From a virus (lineage: Duplodnaviria; Caudoviricetes), in the IMG/VR virus record IMGVR_UViG_3300044676_001308, positions 1 to 33,597 of that record: 33,597 nt of DNA, one strand, 5' to 3'. The stretch's first letter is position 1. Each line of letters begins with the position of its first letter. The notes below the pieces were generated by a model. The model was not told where the DNA came from. It did no database searches and saw nothing but the letters and a program-made list of their open reading frames with translations. The translations under genes were made by a program, and so were the position numbers. Of the stretch, positions 17,591 through 25,153 are shown piece by piece.

Positions 17591-19238
17591 ACCAATTTTT
17601 ACCGATTTTTGCTTCGGCATCTACTGGGCATCGAAAGCCCAAGGTAATCCCGGCTTGTGAGGCCGCATCGCACATGATCTGTGCAACGTCTTCACCATGT
17701 TTCTCCTCTGTTTCAATTTGTATTTCATCGTGGACAAATGCAACCTGCTGTACAGGTAGTCCTTGTTGTCGTAGGGTTTTATGCGCTTCAATACACCACT
17801 GCTTTGCAATGATAGCCCCACATCCTTGTAGTAGTGAATTAAGTGCGGCATGTTCTGAACGCACCAGTATTCTTCTACCATCCAAGCCCGGTACATACCC
17901 TTTGCTCGCCACTTTCGAAACCTTCTCCATGAGGATGCGTAGCTTAGGGGTGTTAGAATAAAAGCGATGCAGGATTTCATTCCCTTCTTTCGCCCCGCCT
18001 CCAACAATACTGCCAACTTTGCTTGGCCCTGCACCGTACAGGGTGGCATAGATAAGCGTCTTTGCTTGAGGGCGTGTGATACCTGCGGCATCAGCGTTCT
18101 TCTGATGGATGTCGCCATTCAATAGTTCCTCCTGCCATTCCTCATCCTGCATGTAGTGTGCAAGACACCGTAACTCGATACCTGCAAGATCTGTGCCAAC
18201 CAATACATTACCTTGATCGACAGTCCACAGTGATCGAATCTCCTGCCCGAAAGGTTTGGTCACACTAGGGACCTGTCCCAAATTGGGATTACGATGCGTC
18301 ATACGCCCGGTAATAGTCCCGTTAGTGATGATACCTCCATGTACACGATCTGTGTTTTCATCGACATGTTTCAACCATGCGTCGATCATACCGACACGTT
18401 TCTGTAGCATCAGGTACTCTGCAATCAATTGTGCTTCAGGGATATCAATGTCTTCAAGCGTCCCTTCATCGACAATTGCTTGACCTTTCTCTGTGTGCTT
18501 TGTTGGCTTCCATCCTTTCGTGATCAGCCGCTCTGCAATTTGCTTACGTGATGCAAGGTTAAAGATGGTCACCTTATCTTTCAGCCTCTTGCCGGTCTTT
18601 TCAGACCAACGCTCTTCAACAATCGGAGGGAACACCGCTTGAACTTCATCTTCAATAACGCCCATGCGATCCATGAATGAAGCTCTAAGACTTTGAGCTG
18701 AATCAACATCCAGTTTAAAGCCTTCACGTTCCTGTTGCCTGCAGATAACTGCGATGTCGTGTTCCAGTAGTATACTCTTCGATGGATCTTTCCATTCGTT
18801 AAGAGACTTAACAATGTACTTGTAAAGCTTTCTAGTGAGACGAACATCTTGGATGCAGTAGTCCCGCATTTCTTCAGTAAGGCCATTGTCGAAGTCCTCA
18901 AAGTTAAACTCAATCTTCCGATCCTCTAGTCTCTGACCCCAGGCCTTCAAGCTGTGGCCTCCGTCGATGACGGGGTTCAAAAGCCTTGAAAGTATCAACG
19001 TGTCTACCGCTTTCGATTTCGGTATCCCAATGTTCCAGACTGTCCGCAACACTGGTGCATCGAAACCAATTAAGTTGTGACCGATGATTTGATCGTACTC
19101 CCTTACCAGTGGAGCTAGGGTTGATGGATCTGTATGACATAGCACCTCTCCTGAACTAACATCCTGCGTCACTGCAATCCAGATCAAGCTGTGACTGCTG
19201 TTTGTCTCGATATCGAGTATAAGTTGTTTCATAGCCAT
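17577..19238 (-). CDS. polA: Family A DNA polymerase with 3'-5' exonuclease (T7 gp5-like)
   Basis: Exo motifs LDIET, HNLIGFD, YCIQD. Motif A DLAGIELR, motif B AKTLIYATLYG, motif C VHDE. Confidence 0.95.
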   Translation of the reverse strand: MAMKQLILDIETNSSHSLIWIAVTQDVSSGEVLCHTDPSTLAPLVREYDQIIGHNLIGFDAPVLRTVWNIGIPKSKAVDTLILSRLLNPVIDGGHSLKAWGQRLEDRKIEFNFEDFDNGLTEEMRDYCIQDVRLTRKLYKYIVKSLNEWKDPSKSILLEHDIAVICRQQEREGFKLDVDSAQSLRASFMDRMGVIEDEVQAVFPPIVEERWSEKTGKRLKDKVTIFNLASRKQIAERLITKGWKPTKHTEKGQAIVDEGTLEDIDIPEAQLIAEYLMLQKRVGMIDAWLKHVDENTDRVHGGIITNGTITGRMTHRNPNLGQVPSVTKPFGQEIRSLWTVDQGNVLVGTDLAGIELRCLAHYMQDEEWQEELLNGDIHQKNADAAGITRPQAKTLIYATLYGAGPSKVGSIVGGGAKEGNEILHRFYSNTPKLRILMEKVSKVASKGYVPGLDGRRILVRSEHAALNSLLQGCGAIIAKQWCIEAHKTLRQQGLPVQQVAFVHDEIQIETEEKHGEDVAQIMCDAASQAGITLGFRCPVDAEAKIGKNWFETH

Positions 19239-19539
19239 TATAATGATTCACAAAAAATAGTTCACGGGTTATAGGATTAAAGGCCAACTTCTGTACGCCA
19301 AGCTCTAGCTGTTCTGGCTTCAGCTTGTTTGTATTGTTGATCCTGTCACCATTCGTTGTCATTGTTTTGACATCTATTAATATTATATCACCTTCAGAAC
19401 TCATTGCAACCATATCGACAGGTCCACTACAACCACAGTTTTGAAAGACTTCAAAGCCTTGGTCCCACAGCCAAGTGACTGCGTAGTATTCTGCGAAGTC
19501 ACCCTTCCTACTGCGATTAACTTTCTCTAAGTCTGTCAT
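19156..19539 (-). CDS. PD-(D/E)xK nuclease (Hjc-like / homing-type)
   Basis: KGDFAE...GF.V......VDM......IDVKT catalytic pattern. Confidence 0.75.
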   Translation of the reverse strand: MTDLEKVNRSRKGDFAEYYAVTWLWDQGFEVFQNCGCSGPVDMVAMSSEGDIILIDVKTMTTNGDRINNTNKLKPEQLELGVQKLAFNPITRELFFVNHYNGYETTYTRYRDKQQSQLDLDCSDAGC

Positions 19540-21152
19540 AGAGCATCTACCTCATCCTCACGCATTCGACCGGTGTAATGATTATACAGCAATGCACAGG
19601 CTTTACCAGTGGTTCCGCTGAATCGATTCTTTAGAACACGTACATACGTTGTATTACGTTCTTTCTCATCATCAGCCTGTCCATTACGTTCCAGTCCGAT
19701 CACCATGTCAGAGAGCTGTGCAATCGACCCAGAGCCACGAAGCTGTGCCAGTGACGTTGCCGCACCTTCTTCATGCCCTTTAGATTCAGGACGTTTAAGG
19801 TGTGATACGCAGATCACTGCAATCCCTGTCTCCTGTACCAGCATACGAAGCTTGGTCATGATCTCATCTATCGCTTTACGCTCATCCCCGTTAGACTGAG
19901 CAGAAACAATGATGCTGATATGATCAACAAACACATAGTCACATCGAGCAACTTTGGCAAGGTAGCGAACACGATTGACGATATTATCAACATCGCTGGA
20001 GCCGAAATGATCAAAGAGATACAGACGATCTGTACCAAGGGTCTGATGAAAAGCATCATCTTTCTCCTGTTGGGTTGCCTCGACATCAGGTAAATGCAGA
20101 GGCTTGTTAGCGGCTAACGACATCAGAGACAGTCCGGTCTTCCGGGTTGACTCCTCTAAGAACATCATACCGATATTGGATTGTGTGTTCTGTAGGATAT
20201 GCCAGATCACCTCACGTAAGAACTGAGACTTACCTAGACCTGAACCTGCTGTCACAGTGACTAGCTCTTCTTTACGGATACCGTAGGTGAGCTTATTCAG
20301 CCCTCCGAATGGATAGTCCACATCAGATTTCTGTACAGGTTTCATGACCTCATCATAGAGGTTAGAGCCTGCAACAATCCCATCAGGTGTCCATCTCTCA
20401 GCATGTTTGATTGCATTGACATACTCTGCAGAGCGATTGTTCTGTAAGAAGTCTGATGCATCCTTCAAGCCATTGACAGGGACAACACTGTAGGCCTTGT
20501 GACTGAACAGCTCTGCACACTGTGCCTGAGCCTCAATACCAGCCTGATCAGCATCAAAGCTAAAGATGACATTGGCGAAGCTATCTAAGTATTCATAGTT
20601 GGCTTCACAGTCCTTTAGAGCTGAACCAGCACCGTTCCTAACAGAGACAACAGCAACCTTCTGAGGATGCAACATCTGATAGGCAGACATGGCATCAAAC
20701 TCTCCTTCAGTGACAATGACAGTTTTACCCCCGGAAGGGAATTTATCCTGTCCGAATAGATCACTGCAGGCTGACCAGTCACCTTCAGTCTTGAATTGTT
20801 TCTGGTTATTGATACGAACCTTTGCGGCTTGGTTGCGGTTATACGGAAACACCATGTCAGTGCCTCTTAAACCAACACCATAGACCTCACAGGTATGGAT
20901 ATTGAGCTTACGTACAGCTAAATTGCTGTAGGATACGCCCTGAGACGCATTGTAAGGCCCTGTATCGGACGATCTCTGTTTAGGGGATGCTACCCTACTA
21001 CGCATAGGTATTACCTCTGCTGTTATCCCTGAATTTTCAGGTGGGATGTTAGAGCCACAGCTAAAGCAGTGACCCCAACCGTTATCGTTAATTGCAAATG
21101 CATCGGAGCTGTCACATTTAGGACACTCTGTATGCGTATCAACAAATGCCAT
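19536..21152 (-). CDS. DNA primase-helicase (T7 gp4-like)
   Basis: Zn finger CPKC...CFSC, TOPRIM EGEFD / FDADQAG, Walker A AGSGLGKS, VDH, LRGSGSIAQLSD, KNRFSG. Confidence 0.95.
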   Translation of the reverse strand: MAFVDTHTECPKCDSSDAFAINDNGWGHCFSCGSNIPPENSGITAEVIPMRSRVASPKQRSSDTGPYNASQGVSYSNLAVRKLNIHTCEVYGVGLRGTDMVFPYNRNQAAKVRINNQKQFKTEGDWSACSDLFGQDKFPSGGKTVIVTEGEFDAMSAYQMLHPQKVAVVSVRNGAGSALKDCEANYEYLDSFANVIFSFDADQAGIEAQAQCAELFSHKAYSVVPVNGLKDASDFLQNNRSAEYVNAIKHAERWTPDGIVAGSNLYDEVMKPVQKSDVDYPFGGLNKLTYGIRKEELVTVTAGSGLGKSQFLREVIWHILQNTQSNIGMMFLEESTRKTGLSLMSLAANKPLHLPDVEATQQEKDDAFHQTLGTDRLYLFDHFGSSDVDNIVNRVRYLAKVARCDYVFVDHISIIVSAQSNGDERKAIDEIMTKLRMLVQETGIAVICVSHLKRPESKGHEEGAATSLAQLRGSGSIAQLSDMVIGLERNGQADDEKERNTTYVRVLKNRFSGTTGKACALLYNHYTGRMREDEVDAL

Positions 21153-21337
21153 CAAAGTTTCCCTAAATAAAAGTCTAGTTTCTTGATAGATCCTGCAACA
21201 AACGATGATACATTATCTAACTCGTCATCTTCGATGTCCCCGGTGTCGTGGATTAGCTCACTGGCTTTCTTGAGATGCTCTAAAGCTTCTTCCAACAATG
21301 GGGTCATCGCTCTGGCTGTTCTGACATCAATATTCAT
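21152..21337 (-). CDS. Hypothetical protein
   Basis: GGAG SD; TGATG coupling to the primase. Confidence 0.65.
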   Translation of the reverse strand: MNIDVRTARAMTPLLEEALEHLKKASELIHDTGDIEDDELDNVSSFVAGSIKKLDFYLGKL

Positions 21338-21521
21338 CCATTGACTCCGTGATCAAATCTTGACCGAGCAATTTAGCGGCTGTGTCAACACGCTTGCGGA
21401 TGTAGTCCATTCGATTATCCATTAACTGAGCATATTCAGTGATGGTATCAACAGCGTCAACACCGATTGGTAGGGTTGAGAGATATTCTTTAAGCTGTTC
21501 CAGAGTGTAGATTTTATTCAT
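21327..21521 (-). CDS. Hypothetical protein
   Basis: ATG 21521 (MNKIY) with GAGG SD, ATGA-coupled to the upstream gene. Confidence 0.65.
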   Translation of the reverse strand: MNKIYTLEQLKEYLSTLPIGVDAVDTITEYAQLMDNRMDYIRKRVDTAAKLLGQDLITESMDEY

Positions 21522-21778
21522 AATGCGTCCTCTTGTTCGCAATTAATGTAAGAAATATGCGCTCTTAAAGCGATGATGTCCTGTTTTAGTTCGTTAATCA
21601 TATTAGACAGATGATTGACTAAATAGGACTTTGGATAACGCATACGAGCGATACTGATTTCATTATCCAAATAATTTATTTCAACTCTTTCAAGCGCTGA
21701 TGGATCAATTTGTCCGGGAATTATAGGCCCATTCAACACCATAATTTTTTTATCGATTAAACTGTGCGGAAGTTTCAT
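21518..21778 (-). CDS. Hypothetical protein, AT-rich
   Basis: AAGGAG SD; ATGA couplings on both sides. Confidence 0.6.
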   Translation of the reverse strand: MKLPHSLIDKKIMVLNGPIIPGQIDPSALERVEINYLDNEISIARMRYPKSYLVNHLSNMINELKQDIIALRAHISYINCEQEDAL

Positions 21779-21993
21779 ACCTGTAGCTCCTTTAGGTATT
21801 CTTCATAACGGGCTTCAATCTCTTGACCGAACATCGAATAGTATATTGACTCCACTGACAGTTTGTCAAGCTCTTTCACTCTGTGAATCTCTTCAATGAT
21901 CTCTTCGATGCAGAATTGCAACGCTTCATCGTAGTTGTCATCACAGCCTGTTTGTTGATCAATCATTATCTTGTATCCTTTGTAATACAACAT
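21775..21993 (-). CDS. Hypothetical acidic protein
   Basis: Co-oriented and coupled. Start uncertain (internal ATG near 21966). Confidence 0.6.
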   Translation of the reverse strand: MLYYKGYKIMIDQQTGCDDNYDEALQFCIEEIIEEIHRVKELDKLSVESIYYSMFGQEIEARYEEYLKELQV

Positions 21994-22162
21994 CAGTGTA
22001 TTCTTCTAACACCGATTGTAACGCTTCTTTCAGCGACTGGATAGACTCTTCAGTGATATTGCACAGACAGTCATCTTCACCGTCATAATAAAACACCCGC
22101 TTATCCAGCTCCCTGACCAAGATGATGGTGCTGACGTTATCTAATCCGTAGACTGAGTCCAT
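21959..22162 (-). CDS. Hypothetical acidic protein
   Basis: AAGGA SD; part of the overlapping gene chain. Confidence 0.6.
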   Translation of the reverse strand: MDSVYGLDNVSTIILVRELDKRVFYYDGEDDCLCNITEESIQSLKEALQSVLEEYTDVVLQRIQDND

Positions 22163-22389
22163 TTCAATATTTCCTTTTCCAGTTTGTTAGAGTGGAACGA
22201 TGCCACAGTTGCTTTGCCTTTCAAAGGCTCTAACGACTCTGCCATCGATTTAAATACATCGTACAGCAACGGGTCATCAGAGTCAAACGAATATTCATCT
22301 GCAATGAACAATGCCCACTTGTAAGCTGACTCACCGGTCAAGCCTCCATTGAGAGGGCAACGCTGTACTGTCGGAATCTTACCGTTCAT
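22141..22389 (-). CDS. Hypothetical protein
   Basis: GAGGT SD. Confidence 0.65.
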   Translation of the reverse strand: MNGKIPTVQRCPLNGGLTGESAYKWALFIADEYSFDSDDPLLYDVFKSMAESLEPLKGKATVASFHSNKLEKEILKWTQSTD

Positions 22390-22400
22390 AGAACCTCTAC

Positions 22401-22498
22401 TTAGCTATTTAGCTATGTATACATAGTCTCTAACAGTCTATGTATAAAACCTTAAAGAACTATTTAGCTATTTAGCGTTAAAGCTACATAGTCTATAT
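22401..22498. repeat. AT-rich short-repeat tract (TAGCTATT/CTATTTAG, TACATAGTCT x2, 14-bp palindrome); candidate origin
   Basis: TTAGCTATTTAGC at 22401 and 22464. CTATGTATACATAG perfect palindrome at 22413-22426. Confidence 0.65.
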
Positions 22499-22501
22499 AG
22501 G

Positions 22502-22530
22502 AGGGTAACATTAATCTTCGTAGCTGTCAA
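22502..22530 (-). promoter_or_regulatory. sigma70-like promoter firing into the repeat tract
   Basis: On the - strand: TTGACA, 17-nt spacer, TACCCT with TGn extension. Confidence 0.55.
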
Positions 22531-22693
22531 CCTCATCTTCAACATCCATTAAGTCATATCTTTCAATAGCTTGGATGTCATAGTTTACATGTTTGTAACA
22601 ACTGTTGCAGAGATCTAAGAACTCTCCGCTAACAGAACTTTTCCGTGTTGACTCAAAGTTATTGAGTTCGACATTGCAGGCTTTACATCTCAT
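22511..22693 (-). CDS. Small Zn-finger protein
   Basis: MRCKACN.EL..FE..RK......LDLCNSC, acidic tail. Confidence 0.75.
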   Translation of the reverse strand: MRCKACNVELNNFESTRKSSVSGEFLDLCNSCYKHVNYDIQAIERYDLMDVEDEVDSYED

Positions 22694-22729
22694 GGGCTTC
22701 GCAGTCCTATGTTGTTGATTAAGTGTTCG

Positions 22730-22757
22730 ATTATAAAGGATGTTGCAGACAAGTCAA
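22730..22757 (-). promoter_or_regulatory. sigma70 promoter heading the replication arm
   Basis: On the - strand: TTGACT, 16-nt spacer, TATAAT. Confidence 0.7.
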
Positions 22758-23026
22758 GCGTTAATGACAGAGCAGGGTGCAACAGTCCCAACATCGTGGA
22801 CCTCGCAGTCCCTTATCTATATGTTATACAGTTTTTATTTCTATATCCTGAAATTTCAGAAATCTGAAGAGGGGAGAGCGCACCGGATTGGTGCATCGAT
22901 CGTTCGCTATCGATACATACGAAACGATTTAAATATACAATTGTAGTTGCTGGGTTCGTTTATGCTTATAATGCGTCACCGGCGACAACCGGTATTTTTC
23001 AACCAATCGCATAGGAGCGATACATT

Positions 23027-23257
23027 ATGATTAAGTTTCAACTATTCAGCCTAAAGGCTTCAGACGTTCAGAATGGACGTATTCGTTTTGACCTCTATAT
23101 ATGTAACAAGCGTATTGCTGGTCTGATAGGCCTTCGCAAAAAACAGTATCGCTTCGGGTTCGATGGTGGCGACACTTTCAAACAAGCGCACCTCGGTAAA
23201 GTGTCAGTAGGTATTGAAAAGCGCAAACCAGCTCGCCAGCTTTGGAATTGGGTATAA
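23027..23257 (+). CDS. Basic hypothetical early protein
   Basis: AGGAG SD; TATAAT at 22967-72 upstream. Confidence 0.7.
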   Translation: MIKFQLFSLKASDVQNGRIRFDLYICNKRIAGLIGLRKKQYRFGFDGGDTFKQAHLGKVSVGIEKRKPARQLWNWV

Positions 23258-23273
23258 GTATCAACCAACTATT

Positions 23274-23289
23274 GCGGCCTTCGGGCCGC
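23274..23289 (+). promoter_or_regulatory. Stable cUUCGg hairpin immediately 5' of the GP88 SD
   Basis: GCGGCC-TTCG-GGCCGC followed by TAAGGA. No U-tract. Confidence 0.65.
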
Positions 23290-23301
23290 TAAGGATCTAA
23301 C

Positions 23302-24009
23302 ATGCGTTTACTCTCAATCGACGGCAACTCGAAAATTGCCAAGACTAATAAGGCCGCTAAAGGCCGCTATCTATTTGCAGGCCTTTCATTGATGCCAGCC
23401 GACGACCTATGCCCGGGTGCTAAGGCCGCCGGATGCATGGAAACTTGTTTGCAGTCTGCAGGCCGTGGAATATTCAAGAATGTACAGGCCGCTCGCAAAT
23501 CCAAGGCTGATTGGTTCCGATGCGATAAAGACGGGTTTCTAGATCAACTACGAAAGGATCTACATGCACTCGAACGTAAGGGTAAACGTGAAGGCCTTCA
23601 GCCTGTAGTTCGTCTTAATGTTTTATCAGATATCGCATGGGAAGCTTACGGAATCCCCCAAGCTTTTCCGGACATTCGTTTCTATGATTATACGAAGCGC
23701 CAAGGCCGTATTGGTTCCAAGTTTATGCCCGACAACTACCATTTAACCTTTAGCTATTCCAATCAACCGGGTTATTCAAACCAAGTTATTCGGGCATTGC
23801 ATAAGGGAGCAAATATCGCTGTTGTCTTTTCTAATGGTTTGCCTGCCAAGTTCCTAGGACGACCGGTAGTTGATGGTGATTTGCACGATATTCGCATTGA
23901 TGATCCACCGGGAATCATTATCGGTTTACGTGCTAAAGGTAAAGCAAAGAAACAGGCAAATAATTTCGTCGTACCGAATCCAGAGGTCATCGCAACATGC
24001 TCGAATTGA
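23302..24009 (+). CDS. GP88-like phage protein (Cys-cluster, radical-SAM-like)
   Basis: CPG...GCMETC, AGRG, RLNVLSDIAW, FYDYTK, NYHLTFS, VDGD.HD.R..D, GLRAKG motifs. Confidence 0.8.
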   Translation: MRLLSIDGNSKIAKTNKAAKGRYLFAGLSLMPADDLCPGAKAAGCMETCLQSAGRGIFKNVQAARKSKADWFRCDKDGFLDQLRKDLHALERKGKREGLQPVVRLNVLSDIAWEAYGIPQAFPDIRFYDYTKRQGRIGSKFMPDNYHLTFSYSNQPGYSNQVIRALHKGANIAVVFSNGLPAKFLGRPVVDGDLHDIRIDDPPGIIIGLRAKGKAKKQANNFVVPNPEVIATCSN

Positions 24010-24062
24010 TTGAAATCGGCATTGCGATAGCGTTTCTAGGCTGGCTGGTCTTCGACCTATAA
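23997..24062 (+). CDS. 21-aa single-TM peptide (MLELIEIGIAIAFLGWLVFDL)
   Basis: Hand-translated. GAGGT SD, overlaps the GP88 stop, ends just before the terminator. Confidence 0.55.
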   Translation: MLELIEIGIAIAFLGWLVFDL

Positions 24063-24086
24063 CAGCCTGCACAATTCCCTCAATTC

Positions 24087-24113
24087 AGCCCGGTTTATTC
24101 CGGGCTTTTTTTT
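24087..24113 (+). terminator. Rho-independent terminator
   Basis: AGCCCGG-TTTATT-CCGGGCT followed by a T run. Confidence 0.9.
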
Positions 24114-24360
24114 GCCTGCAGTACATGCATCGCATCCATCAAAAGCATTAAGCAGCTTATGCCTGTAACGCATTCTAAGCGCCTCTAAGCGATGCTATGC
24201 TCAAAGTAATACCCTAGTATATCCCAGACCATTGCAGGCTGTTACAGGCCTTTACAATCGGTCTAGTCTTTACAGTGTGCCAGCCGATAGCGTGGCAGGC
24301 TTTTGAGACTATTTAGGCTTCAGAGGTACCTTGACCGTCTCTCGCACTTCGTCGTCTTGT

Positions 24361-24536
24361 CAGCCTGCACCAGCGCAAAAACAACGCCGAAGCTTTACCG
24401 ACTGCCTTGTATGCCAGCGCTTTACAGCCTGCACAGGCCTGCACCATCTTGGTGCGTCAGCCTGCACAGTTCTGGTGCGTCTGCACTGTTTTGGTGCAGT
24501 CTGCCCTGCCCTGCTTTAAAGGCCCGGGGAGGGGCT
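24361..24536. repeat. Short-repeat non-coding tract (CAGCCTGCAC, TGGTGCGTC, CTGCC) ending in a G-rich box; likely near the genome terminus
   Basis: CAGCCTGCAC at 24361, 24425, 24458 (also 24063). GGCCTGCAC at 24436. GGTGCGTC at 24451 and 24474. GGCCCGGGGAGGGGC at 24521. Confidence 0.7.
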
Positions 24537-24706
24537 ACAGGACTTTAATATTATTATAGTACCTGCATAGACTTGCAAGAGGCTAAAATAAGACTTAAAA
24601 GCTATAAAAAAGACTGTTTTTATAACTTTTATGTGATATATCAAGCCTTTGATAACTTTACAGATCTTGCACTGTCGTCTGTTATGCAACTTGCATGCCA
24701 AAAAGG

Positions 24707-24735
24707 TTGACTTTGCACTGTTTTTGTGCTAGACT
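24707..24735 (+). promoter_or_regulatory. sigma70-like promoter heading the morphogenesis arm
   Basis: TTGACT, 17-nt spacer, TAGACT with TGn extension. Confidence 0.65.
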
Positions 24736-24766
24736 ATGAAGCCTATGGATAAAACGGTGTAGTTCC

Positions 24767-25153
24767 ATGACTGAACCAGTAAAAAGAGGTCCGGGTCGAC
24801 CTAAAAAGGGCGAAGTTGTTGCTAAGAAAGAAGGCAACAGAGGTGTTAGAGGCAGACCACCCGGTGATGCCTCTATTATTAATGAATATAAAGCTCGGAT
24901 GTTAGCTTCACCAAAGTCTGGTAAGGTGATGGATGCAATATTCGATGCGGCGTTAGATGACGAGCATAAGAATCAAGCGGCGGCTTGGAAGTTGCTAATG
25001 GATCGGATGTTACCGGTTAGCTACTTTGAAAAGGATAAGCTCTCACAGGGCAAGAACAGTGTCTCTATCACTATTACTGGTGTTGGTACACAAGCCGCTG
25101 TGCAGAACGATGATGACATTATAGATATTGAACCGGTGGAATCAGATGACTGA
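24767..25153 (+). CDS. Putative terminase small subunit
   Basis: First gene of the arm. GRP motifs, helical core AAWKLLMDR, SITITG strand, DIIDIEP acidic end. Confidence 0.65.
   Translation: MTEPVKRGPGRPKKGEVVAKKEGNRGVRGRPPGDASIINEYKARMLASPKSGKVMDAIFDAALDDEHKNQAAAWKLLMDRMLPVSYFEKDKLSQGKNSVSITITGVGTQAAVQNDDDIIDIEPVESDD

Noticed and set aside
22740-22946. 68-aa ORF in the divergent region
   Set aside because: It overlaps the leftward promoter and palindromes, and the protein sequence is unconvincing.
24361-24500. CAGCCTGCAC repeats as a mini-CRISPR
   Set aside because: The repeat is only 10 nt, spacing is irregular, and there are no spacer-length unique segments.
24303-24701. ORFs 24303-24548, 24331-24519 and 24516-24701
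   Set aside because: No SD, and the translations simply mirror the DNA repeats. The region lies after a terminator and before a promoter.
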